NCBI RefSeq assembly: GCF_006345805.1
Contig: NC_043008.1
Coordinates: 35,650,001 to 35,714,000 of the forward strand
DNA from: Octopus sinensis
Taxonomy: Eukaryota
DNA: 64,000 nucleotides
Direction of reading: 5' to 3'
Part shown: in pieces, positions 53,865 to 64,000 of the stretch
Layout of the letters: every line of letters begins with the position of its first letter
How positions within the stretch are numbered: position 1 is the first letter of the stretch
Translations under genes and position numbers: made by a program
The notes under the pieces: model-generated
Databases searched by the model: none
Seen by the model: only the letters and a program-made list of their open reading frames with translations
What the model was told of the DNA's origin: nothing

Positions 53865-56803
53865 CTAGCAACTGCTATTTGGTGAAGTTGGTTCATCTGG
53901 GACACCTGACAGGAAGAGATCCAGCTTCATTTTAAAGACATCTGTATCCACCCCATCCAGGTCTCTCAGGTTCTTTGGGAGGATATTGAAGAGCTGTGGG
54001 CCTCGGAAGCCCAGGCTATCACAGAATCTTGTCCTACATCTTGATGGCAGGTTTGGAGTCCTAGGCACCACGCAGTGGCGCCCAGTTCTGGCATTTGCGT
54101 AACTCTCGATGCCAAAGTTCAGGACACTTCCCTCCAGGATCTTCCAGATGTATATTATGGCATATCTTTCCCGCCTACGCTCCAGGGAATATAATTTTAA
54201 TCTCTTGAGTCTTTCCCAGTAGCTTACATTCTGCATAGAGGCTATCTTCTTTGTGTAGCTTCGTTGGATCGCCTCAAGTTCTGTGATCAACTTGACACTG
54301 GATGGTGACCATAGCTGAGAGCAATAGTCAAAGTGGCTTAGGACAAGTGTCTTCCAGAGGACCATCATGGTTTCTTGTTCTCTTGTTCTAAAGGTTCTAA
54401 GAATCCATCCAGCCAGCCGTCTACATTTCATTGTCAGTTTAGCAACATGTACATGAAAGGTCGCGTCATCACTCATGTGAATACCCAGGTCACGCACTGA
54501 TTGTGCCTCTGGGATTGCAATCCCTCCGGGTCCAGTGTATTCATTGGGTATTGCATTCAGTTTTGCATGCTGATAGTATAAAGCTTGAAACTTTCCAGCA
54601 TTGAACTGCATGCTTTTCTTTTCAGCCCACTTGTATATTTCGTCCAGCTCACATTGCAGGTGTTTAGTGTCCTCAGGGTTCTGTATTGCCTGTGAAACTT
54701 TTGTATCATCTGCATAACTTGTGATTGTGGCTCTCTGCGTGGCTGAGGGCATGTCTGAGAGGGCCATTATGAACAGTAGTGGTCCCAGAACAGTGCCCTG
54801 CGGACACCGCTCACTATTTGTGTGTTAATGGAGGTGGCCCCATTGGCTACTACCACTGACTTCTATCCTTCAGAAAGTCATGAAGCCATTCTCCCAGTTT
54901 TCCAACTATGTTGAGATCATGCAGTTTGTGACATATCATTCCATGATCGACTTTATCAAAGGCCTTTGCAAAGTCGAGATATATCACTTCCACATTTGAG
55001 TGGTTGAGCAGCCGTTTCAGCACCCAGTCATAGTGTTGTAGGAGCTGAGTTAAACAGCTTCTCCCTGGTCGGAAACCATGTTGGGTGTCGGGCAGCAAGT
55101 CATTCTCTTCAAGGAAGGTGATCAGCTTCCTTCTGACTATTCGTTCCATGACCTTGCTGATGTGTGAGGTCAGAGAGATAGGTTTATAGTTCTTGGCTTC
55201 CGCTCTGCTACCTCCTTTATGAATGGGGCATATTTTACCTTCCTTCAGTTTTCCTGGAAGTTTGCCAGCTGCAAGGAAGCTCTGAAGGAGGAACTGCAGT
55301 GGTCTTGCTAGGACTCTCTTACATGCTTTTAGGAGGATTGCCGGGAATCCATCGGGGCCAGTAGCTGAGTCTGTTTTCATTTCATCTATAGCCTTGGTTA
55401 CATCGTCTTCCTTTATATCGATGTAATCTATCGTCGCCGCCTCTGATTTTATATCTGCAGTGGTAAAAAAGTCAGTTGGATTGGTGATTTGGAGATGCCC
55501 AAGGGGTGGAGTGAAAACACTCTTGAATTGCTCATTCAGTATTTCACTTACCCTCATTGGTTTTCCTGTAAGTGTGCCATCCTTTTCGAGGAGTGGCCCT
55601 ATTCTACAGTGCACTGTAGCTGTTTCTTTGGCCATACCTGTAGAAAGCTCTGGGGTTAGATTTTATGTTTTCTATAGCCCAGGCTTCTTTGTCTGCTCTT
55701 TCTTTTCTTTCATGGGAGAGTTGCAGACATTTTTCGATTTCCAACAGTTTTATTTTTAGGCGGGACTTTTCACTGCTTTCAATCTGTTTGTTTAGGCGAT
55801 TTGAAAATTTCGTATGCCGTCTCATTAAAATTTTCCTCTCTCTGGGGATTTTGTTCTTGTGTACAGTGGCCTTTCTCTCTGGGACACATTTGTAGCATAT
55901 GGCTTGCATTACAGACATGAATTGTTGAAGTTTCACGTCGATGTCTGGCGAGGAGAGACATTTAGGCCAGTTTTGTTTGAGGATCTCTTTCTCAATTTGT
56001 TTCCAGTTTGCCTTATGGTAGTTCAAGCTGGAAAGATTTTGAGGGTTTCTTGTAGGCTGCATGTCCGTGCTCTCTTTTGGCCCGTACATGGTCAGCTCTA
56101 TCATGTTGTGATCCGAGAGTAGTGTCGGTGTCACTTTCACATTATGGATGAGATCCATGTCATTTGTGAAGCAGAGATCCAGTGTGTTACCTGCCCTGGT
56201 TGGTTGGAGTATTACCTGCTCCATGTACAGGGTGTTGATGAGGTTCAGGAGGGACCTCGCCTGTCCTCGTTCACATCTTGTCATTCCTGGGAGAGAAAGG
56301 CCCTCGGGCCATCTGACATTGGGCAGATAGAAGTCTCCCATAAGAAGCACACCTATGTGTTGTTCTAATGTGGTTAGAATTTCTTCTATTTTTATAAGGC
56401 AGTCTTCAAACTTGCCCACATGGCTTGGGGCATCTGAAGGGCGATATGTAGCACACACAACTACATCAAGTTGCCTAATATGTACAATTAGTGTGTCACA
56501 CACCGAGTTTGAGTATGACAAGAGGACCTGGGGTGTGAGGTCCTCACGGATGTACATAGCAACACCTCCATGACTCCTTTCTTTCCTGTCGGTCCGTAGT
56601 ACAGCATACTGTGGTATGTGTAACTCCGCATCTGCTATGTCCGGTTTCAGGTGCGTTTCTGTAAGTGCTATGCATAAGGCTTGATTGCATGCAACAAAGT
56701 ATCTCAGGAACGGGATCTTTGTCCTGTTACTGAGTGTTTGCAGTCCTCTGATGTTCAGTAGGAGTATCGAGGTGAGGTGTACGTTGTTGCCGGCGGTGTC
56801 CAT
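53865..56803 (-). pseudogene. LINE ORF2: AP endonuclease + reverse transcriptase, split by single-base frameshifts near 55633, 54856 and 54803
   Basis: EN motifs NIRGL, LTETHL, GDFY, LDL, SDH; RT motifs GPDG, YKPISLTS, QHGFRPGRSC, YLDFAKAFDKVDH, (P)QGTVLGPLLF, YADD, DLG; CR1-like C-terminus LEAIQR..YWERLKRLKLYSLERRR. Confidence 0.92.
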
Positions 56804-57665
56804 CCTGTGTCTGTTTGCTGTGGTGGTCTGGTATATAGTGGGTAGTCCCACCTGCGGGCTTGGGTTTGATGAAGCCAGGTCAGCTGCTGTACAATCTTTT
56901 GTGCCATGCACAAAAAAGATTGTTGCTCAGCAGCTGCTCTTTCGGCAACATCATGTTGGCTGTTTGTGGCGCGCACAACATCTGCGTACCTCCGCTTTGG
57001 GGCAGGTGGTGCATAGTCCATCCCTTTTCTTTGTGTTGATGGTTTGTCCATCTGCCTCGTGTCTCTGTGGCAGGGTCCCCGATGTGCAAAGCGGCAGCCT
57101 GCACCTTCCTTTCCGTGCCAGCAGGAACCTCTCAGGTAGAACATACACACCCGTGTGCGCTGTTTGGTTCCATCCTTTGCGGTTCCACTTCTATTCCTGG
57201 TTGTTTCACTCTTTGGTCCTGCTTGAGCTTTTTCTTTTCCTTTAGCTCTTCCAGTCCTTCTTTTAGTTCTTCTTCCTCCCTCTACCTCTTCACCGGGTTC
57301 TCCGTCTCCATGGCCCTTGCTGCCGGTTGGAGAACTTGCACCTGGGTTCACTTCCCGGGCAGGTTTCTCATTCAAAACCTCCTCCTGGGCGTCCACCAGG
57401 TGGGGTGACTTCTTTCATCGTCTCCATTCTTGCCATCTTTGCCCCGCTCGTTCTCAAAGATGGCATCAAGTGCGCCAATGTGCGACCGTACAAGCGCATA
57501 TGAGCGCACGAATTCCTGTCGCTTTCGCTCCATCTGAGCCGCTGTCCTCTTGTAGCCTCTGCTCTTCAGCGCAGCCGCAATCACCTCGCTAGGGCTATCT
57601 CCGCTGGCGCACTCCCATGCTCGTACGAATAAATCCAGCTCGTCACGTCTCCATGCTCTGGACAT
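56755..57665 (-). pseudogene. LINE ORF1 (~300 aa if one frameshift near 57400 is repaired): Myb/SANT-like domain + CCCH zinc finger
   Basis: N-terminal W-x3-E-x3-F-x3-W..EVIAAALKSRGYKRTAAQMERK..F..Y; CMFYLRGSCWHGKEGAGCRFAH (C-x7-C-x8-C-x3-H); overlaps the start of ORF2. Confidence 0.75.
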
Positions 57666-57726
57666 GCTGGATAATCCGTCTATCCGTTTATCTATCTAAT
57701 TATGTTCGAGAGAAGACAGGATGATA

Positions 57727-58875
57727 TTACGGCTAATTAGAAGATAGAGTACTTGAAAAAGAAATATTAACAATATTAAAGTTTGTGTAAAAACGTTATT
57801 TGGGTAAAAACGTTATTTAATCTTAAGGCTAATTAGGAGATAGAGTATCTGAAAATATATTAGCAATATTAATATTATATAGAGTGTGGTAAAAAACGTT
57901 ATTTAATCTTAAGGCTAATTTGGAGATAGAGTATCTGAAAATATTAGCAATATTAATATTATATTAGAGTGGGTAATATTAACGTTATTTAATTTAATCT
58001 TAAGGCTAATTAGAAGACAGAGTATCTGAAAATATATACAATATTAAGCAATATTAACCGTTATTTAATTTAATCTTAAGGCTAATTAGACGTTATTAAT
58101 ATTAAACGTTATTTAATTTAATCTTAAGGCTAATTAGAAGATAGAGTATCTGAAAATATATTAGCAATATTAATATTATATTAGAGTGTGGATAAAAACG
58201 TTATTTAATCTTAAGGCTAATCAGGAGATAGAGTATCTGAAAATATATTAGCAATGTTAATTTATATTAGAGTGTGGGTAATATTAAACGTTATTTAATT
58301 TAATCTTAAGGCTAATTAGAAGATAGAGTATCTGAAGAATTATTAACAATATTAAACAATATTAAACGTTATTTAATTTAATCTTAAGGCTAATTAACAA
58401 TATTAAACAATTAACGTTATTTAATTTAATCCTAAGGCTAATTAACAATAGTTATAACAATATTAAACAATATTAAACGTTATTTAATTTAATCTTAAGG
58501 CTAATTAACAGTAATTATTAACAATATTAAACAATATTAACGTTATTTAATTTAATCCTAAGGCTAATTAACAATAATTATTAACAATATTAAACGTTAT
58601 TTAATTAATCCTAAGGCTAATTAGACGTTATTAATATTAAACGTTATTTAATTTAATCTTAAGGCTAATTAGAAGATAGAGTATCTGAAAAATTATTAAC
58701 AATATTAAACGTTATTTAATTTAATCTTAAGGCTAATTAACAATAATTATTAACAATATTAAACAATATTAAACGTTATTTAATTTAATCCTAAGGCTAA
58801 TTTGACGGTATCAATATTAAACGTTATTTAATTTAATCTTAAGGCTAATTAGAAGATAGAGTATCTGGAAAATTA
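57727..58875. repeat. Modular AT-rich tandem array in the LINE 5' leader
   Basis: 17 copies of GGCTAAT by eye, core AACGTTATTTAA(TTTAA)TCYTAAGGCTAATT, spacing ~48-96 bp. Confidence 0.92.
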
Positions 58876-59297
58876 TTATATCGAGAACAGTTATTGAAAA
58901 TGTAAACAAACCAAATGACGATCGCAACTTTAACTAAGATGTGGGCCTAAGTGAAAGATAAAATAGAATAATAAATAAAATATGAAATAGATGAAATTGA
59001 TACTTAATCCAACAATGTGGTCTGGATTATTTTTTTTTTGGTTTACGGGATTTTTTCAGGAGAGATGCTTCTTTTTTCTTTCTTGCAGGAGATAACTTGA
59101 TTCAGTTATTTTTGCACCATGTGCGTTTCGGCGAAAATGAAAATTACTGTGTATATGTATATATTTATATATATATTTTTAAAAATATTTTTAACCAAAG
59201 TGTTGTAGTGATCTCTATGACTTAGAGTTTTACGTTTTGCAACTACAGTGGGTTATTTCGCCGTTCTATGCAGACTTTTTCACAGAGCAAAGGCAAT

Positions 59298-59337
59298 CAC
59301 GTCTTTCTCTGCTGAAAACGGATTTTTTCTCAGTTGA
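59298..59337 (-). promoter_or_regulatory. Candidate LINE internal promoter (Inr-like TCAACT with downstream AGACGTG)
   Basis: AGACGTG at 59304-59298 lies ~31 nt downstream of TCAACT on minus; coincides with the end of ATG depletion. Confidence 0.3.
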
Positions 59338-59637
59338 AAAAGATGAAAATAATTGCTTGATGAATAGTTTTAACCAACCATTTTATCTAGTTTATTTCAT
59401 AGGCTATGGGCTATGATTAATATCATGGGTCCATTTTTGTGATATTTTTTTTCAACAAGATTTACTGTCCTTGTGTTTAAACTAGTTTTTAATTTTCATT
59501 TCATATCATGTTTTATACTTTATTTAAAAAGTGATATTATCCAGCATAAAACAAAAATAGTTTGCTTTTCACAGATTCTGTTATCATAGAATCTAATAAT
59601 GTAATATCTCATTAAATATCACATTATCTTCACTTCA

Positions 59638-59711
<74 letters not shown>

Positions 59712-59716
<5 letters not shown>

Positions 59717-60072
59717 AGAAAAAGTTAAGGTAGAAAACGCTGAAATAATTTTATCATAAAAAATATTTTAGTACCGGTTTCAGTCATTGGGACTTTTTCA
59801 ACTCTTCAAATATGGAAGACAAATTTTGGAAAAATTAAATGCAAAGTTTTTTAAAAAAGATATCTGCATATTATTCAAATACAAGGGGCATTTTCCTAGT
59901 ATTTGAATACTATGAAAATATTCTTTTGAAACACTTTACATTTAATTTTTCCAAAATTTAATTGTTTTCCATACTTAGAGTTGAAAAAGTCTCAATGACT
60001 GAAACCGGTACTAAAATGTTTTTTATAAAAAAATTATTTTAGCATTTTCTACCTTGACATTTTTACCTTATA
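59712..60072. repeat. Fold-back element (~170-bp arms), each arm with a variant hammerhead-like core
   Basis: Plus 59981-60010 TTGAAAA-AGTC[TCAAT]GACT-GAAA-CCGGT-A; mirrored on minus at ~59771-59800; flanked by TG/TA tracts. Confidence 0.75.
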
Positions 60073-60104
60073 CATATCAACTTGTGTGTTCCTTTTCGAC
60101 CTTC

Positions 60105-60149
<45 letters not shown>

Positions 60150-60151
<2 letters not shown>

Positions 60152-60432
60152 CCCTCTTAGGTCATGAATAACCACAGGGTTGCACCTAAAAAGTTCCCCT
60201 CTGAGGAACAAGTCTGGGCAAGGTTGTTTATGGAAGACCAGCAATCGTCCATGCATACCAGCCTCACTTCTCCATGCCACCAATGTTATCCAAGGTAAAG
60301 CCAAAGACCAATACAGCTTGGCACCAGTGACATTGCAACTCATTTCTACAATTGAGTGAACTGGAGCAACATGAAATAAAGTTTCTTGCTCAAGAACAAA
60401 ACACAAAGCCAGGTCCAGCAATTGAACTTACA
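60150..60432 (-). mobile_element. SINE with partial tRNA head and probable Vingi/Ingi-type 3' part
   Basis: TTCTTGAGCAAGAAACTTTATTTCATGTTGCTCCAGTTCACTC shared with 20260-20305; distinct 3' half; origin of the 3' half recalled from memory. Confidence 0.5.
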
Positions 60433-60444
60433 GTATACATACAT

Positions 60445-60445
<1 letters not shown>

Positions 60446-60483
<38 letters not shown>

Positions 60484-60899
60484 GTTTAACGTCCACTTTC
60501 CATGCTAGCATGGGTTGGACGATTTGACTGAGGACTGGCGAACCAGATGGCTGCGCCAGGCTCCAATCTGATCTGGCAGAGTTTCTACAGCTTGATGCCC
60601 TTCCTAACGCCAGCCACTCCGAGAGTGTAGTGGGTGCTTTTAAAGTGCTACCGGCATTAGGGCCAGTCTGGTGGTACTGGCAATGGCCACGCTCGAAAAT
60701 GGTTTTTTTTACATTTCACCTGTACAGGAGCCAGTCCAGCAGCACTGGCAATGACCTCACTCAAATGTTTTGTTCACATGCCAGTGAGGGAACGCTGACA
60801 ACGATCACGCTCAAGTGGTGCTCTTTACGTGCCAGACAGCTGCTCTGGCAGTGATCCTGCTTGGATGGAGCTGTTAGCGCTCCACTGGCATGGGTGCCT
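60446..60899 (-). mobile_element. RTE 3' UTR fragment with (GAT)n tail
   Basis: Same family tail. Confidence 0.8.
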
Positions 60900-60911
60900 A
60901 TATATATATAT

Positions 60912-61158
60912 ATTAAAATTATACCTCCACGCTAGAAATAGTAGCCAAAACTTGACTCTAAAACCACATTAAATGTTCATACAGCACTAGGAGAGAAGAC
61001 AAAAGGACAAGATGAACTAGCAAAAAATTACTGGCATGCATATAATTGCATATTTCTCCTAGTGCTGTATGAACATTTAATGTGGGTTTAGAGTCAGGTT
61101 TTGGCTGCTATTTCCAGCGTGGAGGTATCCCTTAGATACCCTAAATTATAATTTTAAT
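60912..61158. repeat. Inverted repeat (~75-bp arms) next to (TA)n
   Basis: 60919-60993 is the reverse complement of 61055-61128; outer TTAAAATTATA / TATAATTTTAA. Confidence 0.85.
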
Positions 61159-61182
61159 AATAATTATTACCTTTGAAGGTTT

Positions 61183-61599
61183 AGGCACAGGAGTGGCTGT
61201 GTGGTAAGTAGCTTGCTTACGAACCACATGGTTCCGGGTTCAGTCCCACTGCGTGGCATCTTGGGCAAGTGTCTTCTGATATAGCCTCGGGCTGACCAAA
61301 GCCTTGTGAGTGGATTTGGTAGACAGAAACTGAAAGAAGCCTGTCGTATATATGTATATATATATGTATGTGTGTGTATATGTTTGTGTGTCTGTGTTTG
61401 TCCCTCTAGCATTGCTTGACAACCGATGCTGGTGTGTTTACGTCCCCATCACTTAGCGGTTCGGCAAAAGAGACCGATAGAATAAGTACTGGGCTTACAA
61501 AGAATAAGTCCCGGGGTCGATTTGCTCGACTAAAGGCGGTGCTCCAGCATGGCTGCAGTCAAATGACTGAAACAAGTAAAAGAGTAAAAGAGTAAAAGA

Positions 61600-61600
<1 letters not shown>
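61183..61600 (+). mobile_element. tRNA-derived SINE (family A)
   Basis: Full consensus with (TAAAAGAG)n tail. Confidence 0.9.
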
Positions 61601-61636
<36 letters not shown>

Positions 61637-62964
61637 GTGCCCAAGATGTCATGCAGTGGAACTGAACCCCAAGCTACATGGTTAAGAAGCAAATTTCTTA
61701 CTACATAGCCACATCTGCACCTATGTAGAATTGATTTTTTCTTTTTTTGTTCTGTAGAGAAATATAAGAGAAGCACCATTAATTCTGTCACCAGGGATAC
61801 AGGTGTTACTGTGTCCATTATTGAAATTATTGAAGTTATTGAAATTATTTTTTTAAAATTTCTTATATGTTAATAATACATTAGAAATAATATTTTTAAG
61901 TAGGAGATTTAGTTTTGTTAAGCTGATCAATAAATTTCAGCAGTTCTAATAGATTATTTATCATTACCATTCTGGATTTGATGTTAGTGAAACAAGATTC
62001 ACTCTGCCACAGTTAAAATCCTAGTTTTTCTCTCCTAAGAAATTTAAATATCTCAGGTCTGTATTCATGAGTGATGGAAGGCAGAGGGCTGAATTACATG
62101 TTAGAATTACAGGTGCTTGCAGACACACACACACACACACAGAGACACACACACATGCGCTCACACATACGCTAACACACATACACACACAGCAGTTTTT
62201 ATTTTGGTTTCTGCCTTCCAGATTCACTCACAAGGCTTTGGTTGGCCATGAGATGGAAGGGCATCCTGGCATTAGGAAGGGCATCCAGCTGTAGAAACAC
62301 TGCCAGATCAGACTGGAGCCTGGTGCAGCCTTCTGGCTTCCTAGATCCCCAGTCGAACCGTCCAACCCATGCTAGCATGGAGAACGGACGTTAAACAATG
62401 ATGATGATTTCCCTGAGGAGCTGTGCTGTGGGACAGAACCCAAAATCTTATGGTTGAGAAGGAAACATCTTAACCTCACAACCAGTCCTTCACACACATG
62501 CATGTCTGTATGTCATTGTCCAGTTTTATTTCAAGATTTCTTGCCAATAGAGAAAGAGCCGGTTTCTAACCTAGATTCAAGGCTCCTTCATAGGAATTTC
62601 AACATCAACAGGGTATTTTTGTTTGTTTGTTTGTTTGTTTGTTTGTTTGTATGTATGTATGTATGTATGTATGTATGTATGTATGTATGTATGTATGTAT
62701 GTATGTATGCATGTATGCATGTGTGTGTGCAGATTTGTATGATTTGTTTTATGTATGCATTCTCATGCATATAGTTGCATCTCTAGACATGCTCATATAT
62801 ATTTAAATGATAAACTTCTGGAAAGTTTTACAGATTTTTACAGTTCCGGTGATGGATTGGATCTGTAGTCTTCAAATTAGCTTTCTCCTTTCTGGTTTTG
62901 AGAAGCCTAATTTCTCAAGATTGGTATTTAGGCAGTATGCTACATATCCCAGGGCCCCATACAT

Positions 62965-63260
<296 letters not shown>

Positions 63261-64000
63261 AATATATTTGTAGACATGTATATGATAACATAATAATGAA
63301 CTTACTTTATACAATGCTTAGGAAAAGTAGGCAAAACTGCATGAAAAGTACATAAAATATATACAGGAAACGAACAGTGAACAAGTCTTAAAAAAAGAAG
63401 AATCAGGGTTGATGGCTGGGGGGCATCAGATGTATTGTTGGCAAATTTCAGGAAGCATGGAAATTTTGAAGGATAGTGTGTCTCAACAGCTAACAACTGA
63501 TGCAGGTAGCTTATTCCATTCTTCAGCAAATCAAAGCATGAAAAATATGTTCCTGAAAGACCTACAGTAACTTCCAAGACGTATGCGGTCTACAGGTGCA
63601 AATCAGTCAATGACTTTGATAAAGCCTATCCAGAGTTGCCTCTCTTGGGTATTTCCCATTGATAAATATGTCACAAACAGATTTTAACCAACCTAAAGTT
63701 CACACACACACACATACATATATGGAGTGAGAGAGAGAGGGAGAGACAGACAGACAGACAAACAGATTGACTAGGATGAGTTATTTTGCAGATATTTTCT
63801 GTTTTATCTAGTTATATTCTAGGAATGTCGTACAAGTAATAAATGCATGCATTAAGTGCAGTTTGCTTGTGCAAATTTATGGTAATAATGATTCTTTCAG
63901 AATATAATAATTCTGATTTCAACACAGTTTTGGATTAAAATTTATGCTGAACGAATTCTGTTTTGTACTTATGCAGGAAAGTGAACAAATATGTTCGTTT

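Larger units (their letters stand above)
53761..59335 (-). mobile_element. Near-full-length CR1-group non-LTR retrotransposon (5' boundary tentative)
   Basis: (TCAA)n tail 53761-53783, short 3' UTR, ORF2, ORF1, repeat-array leader; no TSD found. Confidence 0.9.

Noticed and set aside
57727-58875. CRISPR-like array (constant repeat with variable spacers) next to a reverse transcriptase
   Set aside because: The spacers are not unique but re-use the same few modules, lengths vary about two-fold, there are no cas genes, and the context is a eukaryotic LINE.
53730-59400. Target-site duplication for the large LINE
   Set aside because: No matching direct repeat found at either end, so the 5' boundary remains tentative.

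Overview
AT-rich, repeat-saturated eukaryotic DNA, most consistent with an octopus (coleoid cephalopod) intron or intergenic region. That assignment is inferred from recognised SINE families and microsatellite density. No host protein-coding exon is convincingly supported; nearly all listed ORFs are microsatellite or SINE translations. The main object is a near-full-length CR1-group non-LTR retrotransposon on the minus strand (~53761-59335). Its ORF1 combines a Myb/SANT-like (trihelix-type) domain with a CCCH zinc finger. It also has an APE-endonuclease/RT ORF2, a ~1.15-kb modular tandem array in an ATG-depleted 5' leader, and a 3' stem-loop shared, with compensatory changes, with the dominant local SINE. 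A second theme is small fold-back elements, mostly at (TA)n tracts. Several carry minimal hammerhead-ribozyme-like cores, and one is a TSD-bounded composite of tRNA promoter, hammerhead and inverted tail (31517-31851). The rest comprises several tRNA-SINE families, RTE fragments (two bipartite), a Dong/R4 fragment, mariner/Tc1 elements, piggyBac- and pogo-like MITEs, and local templated duplications. All coordinates were read by eye and may be off by a few bases.
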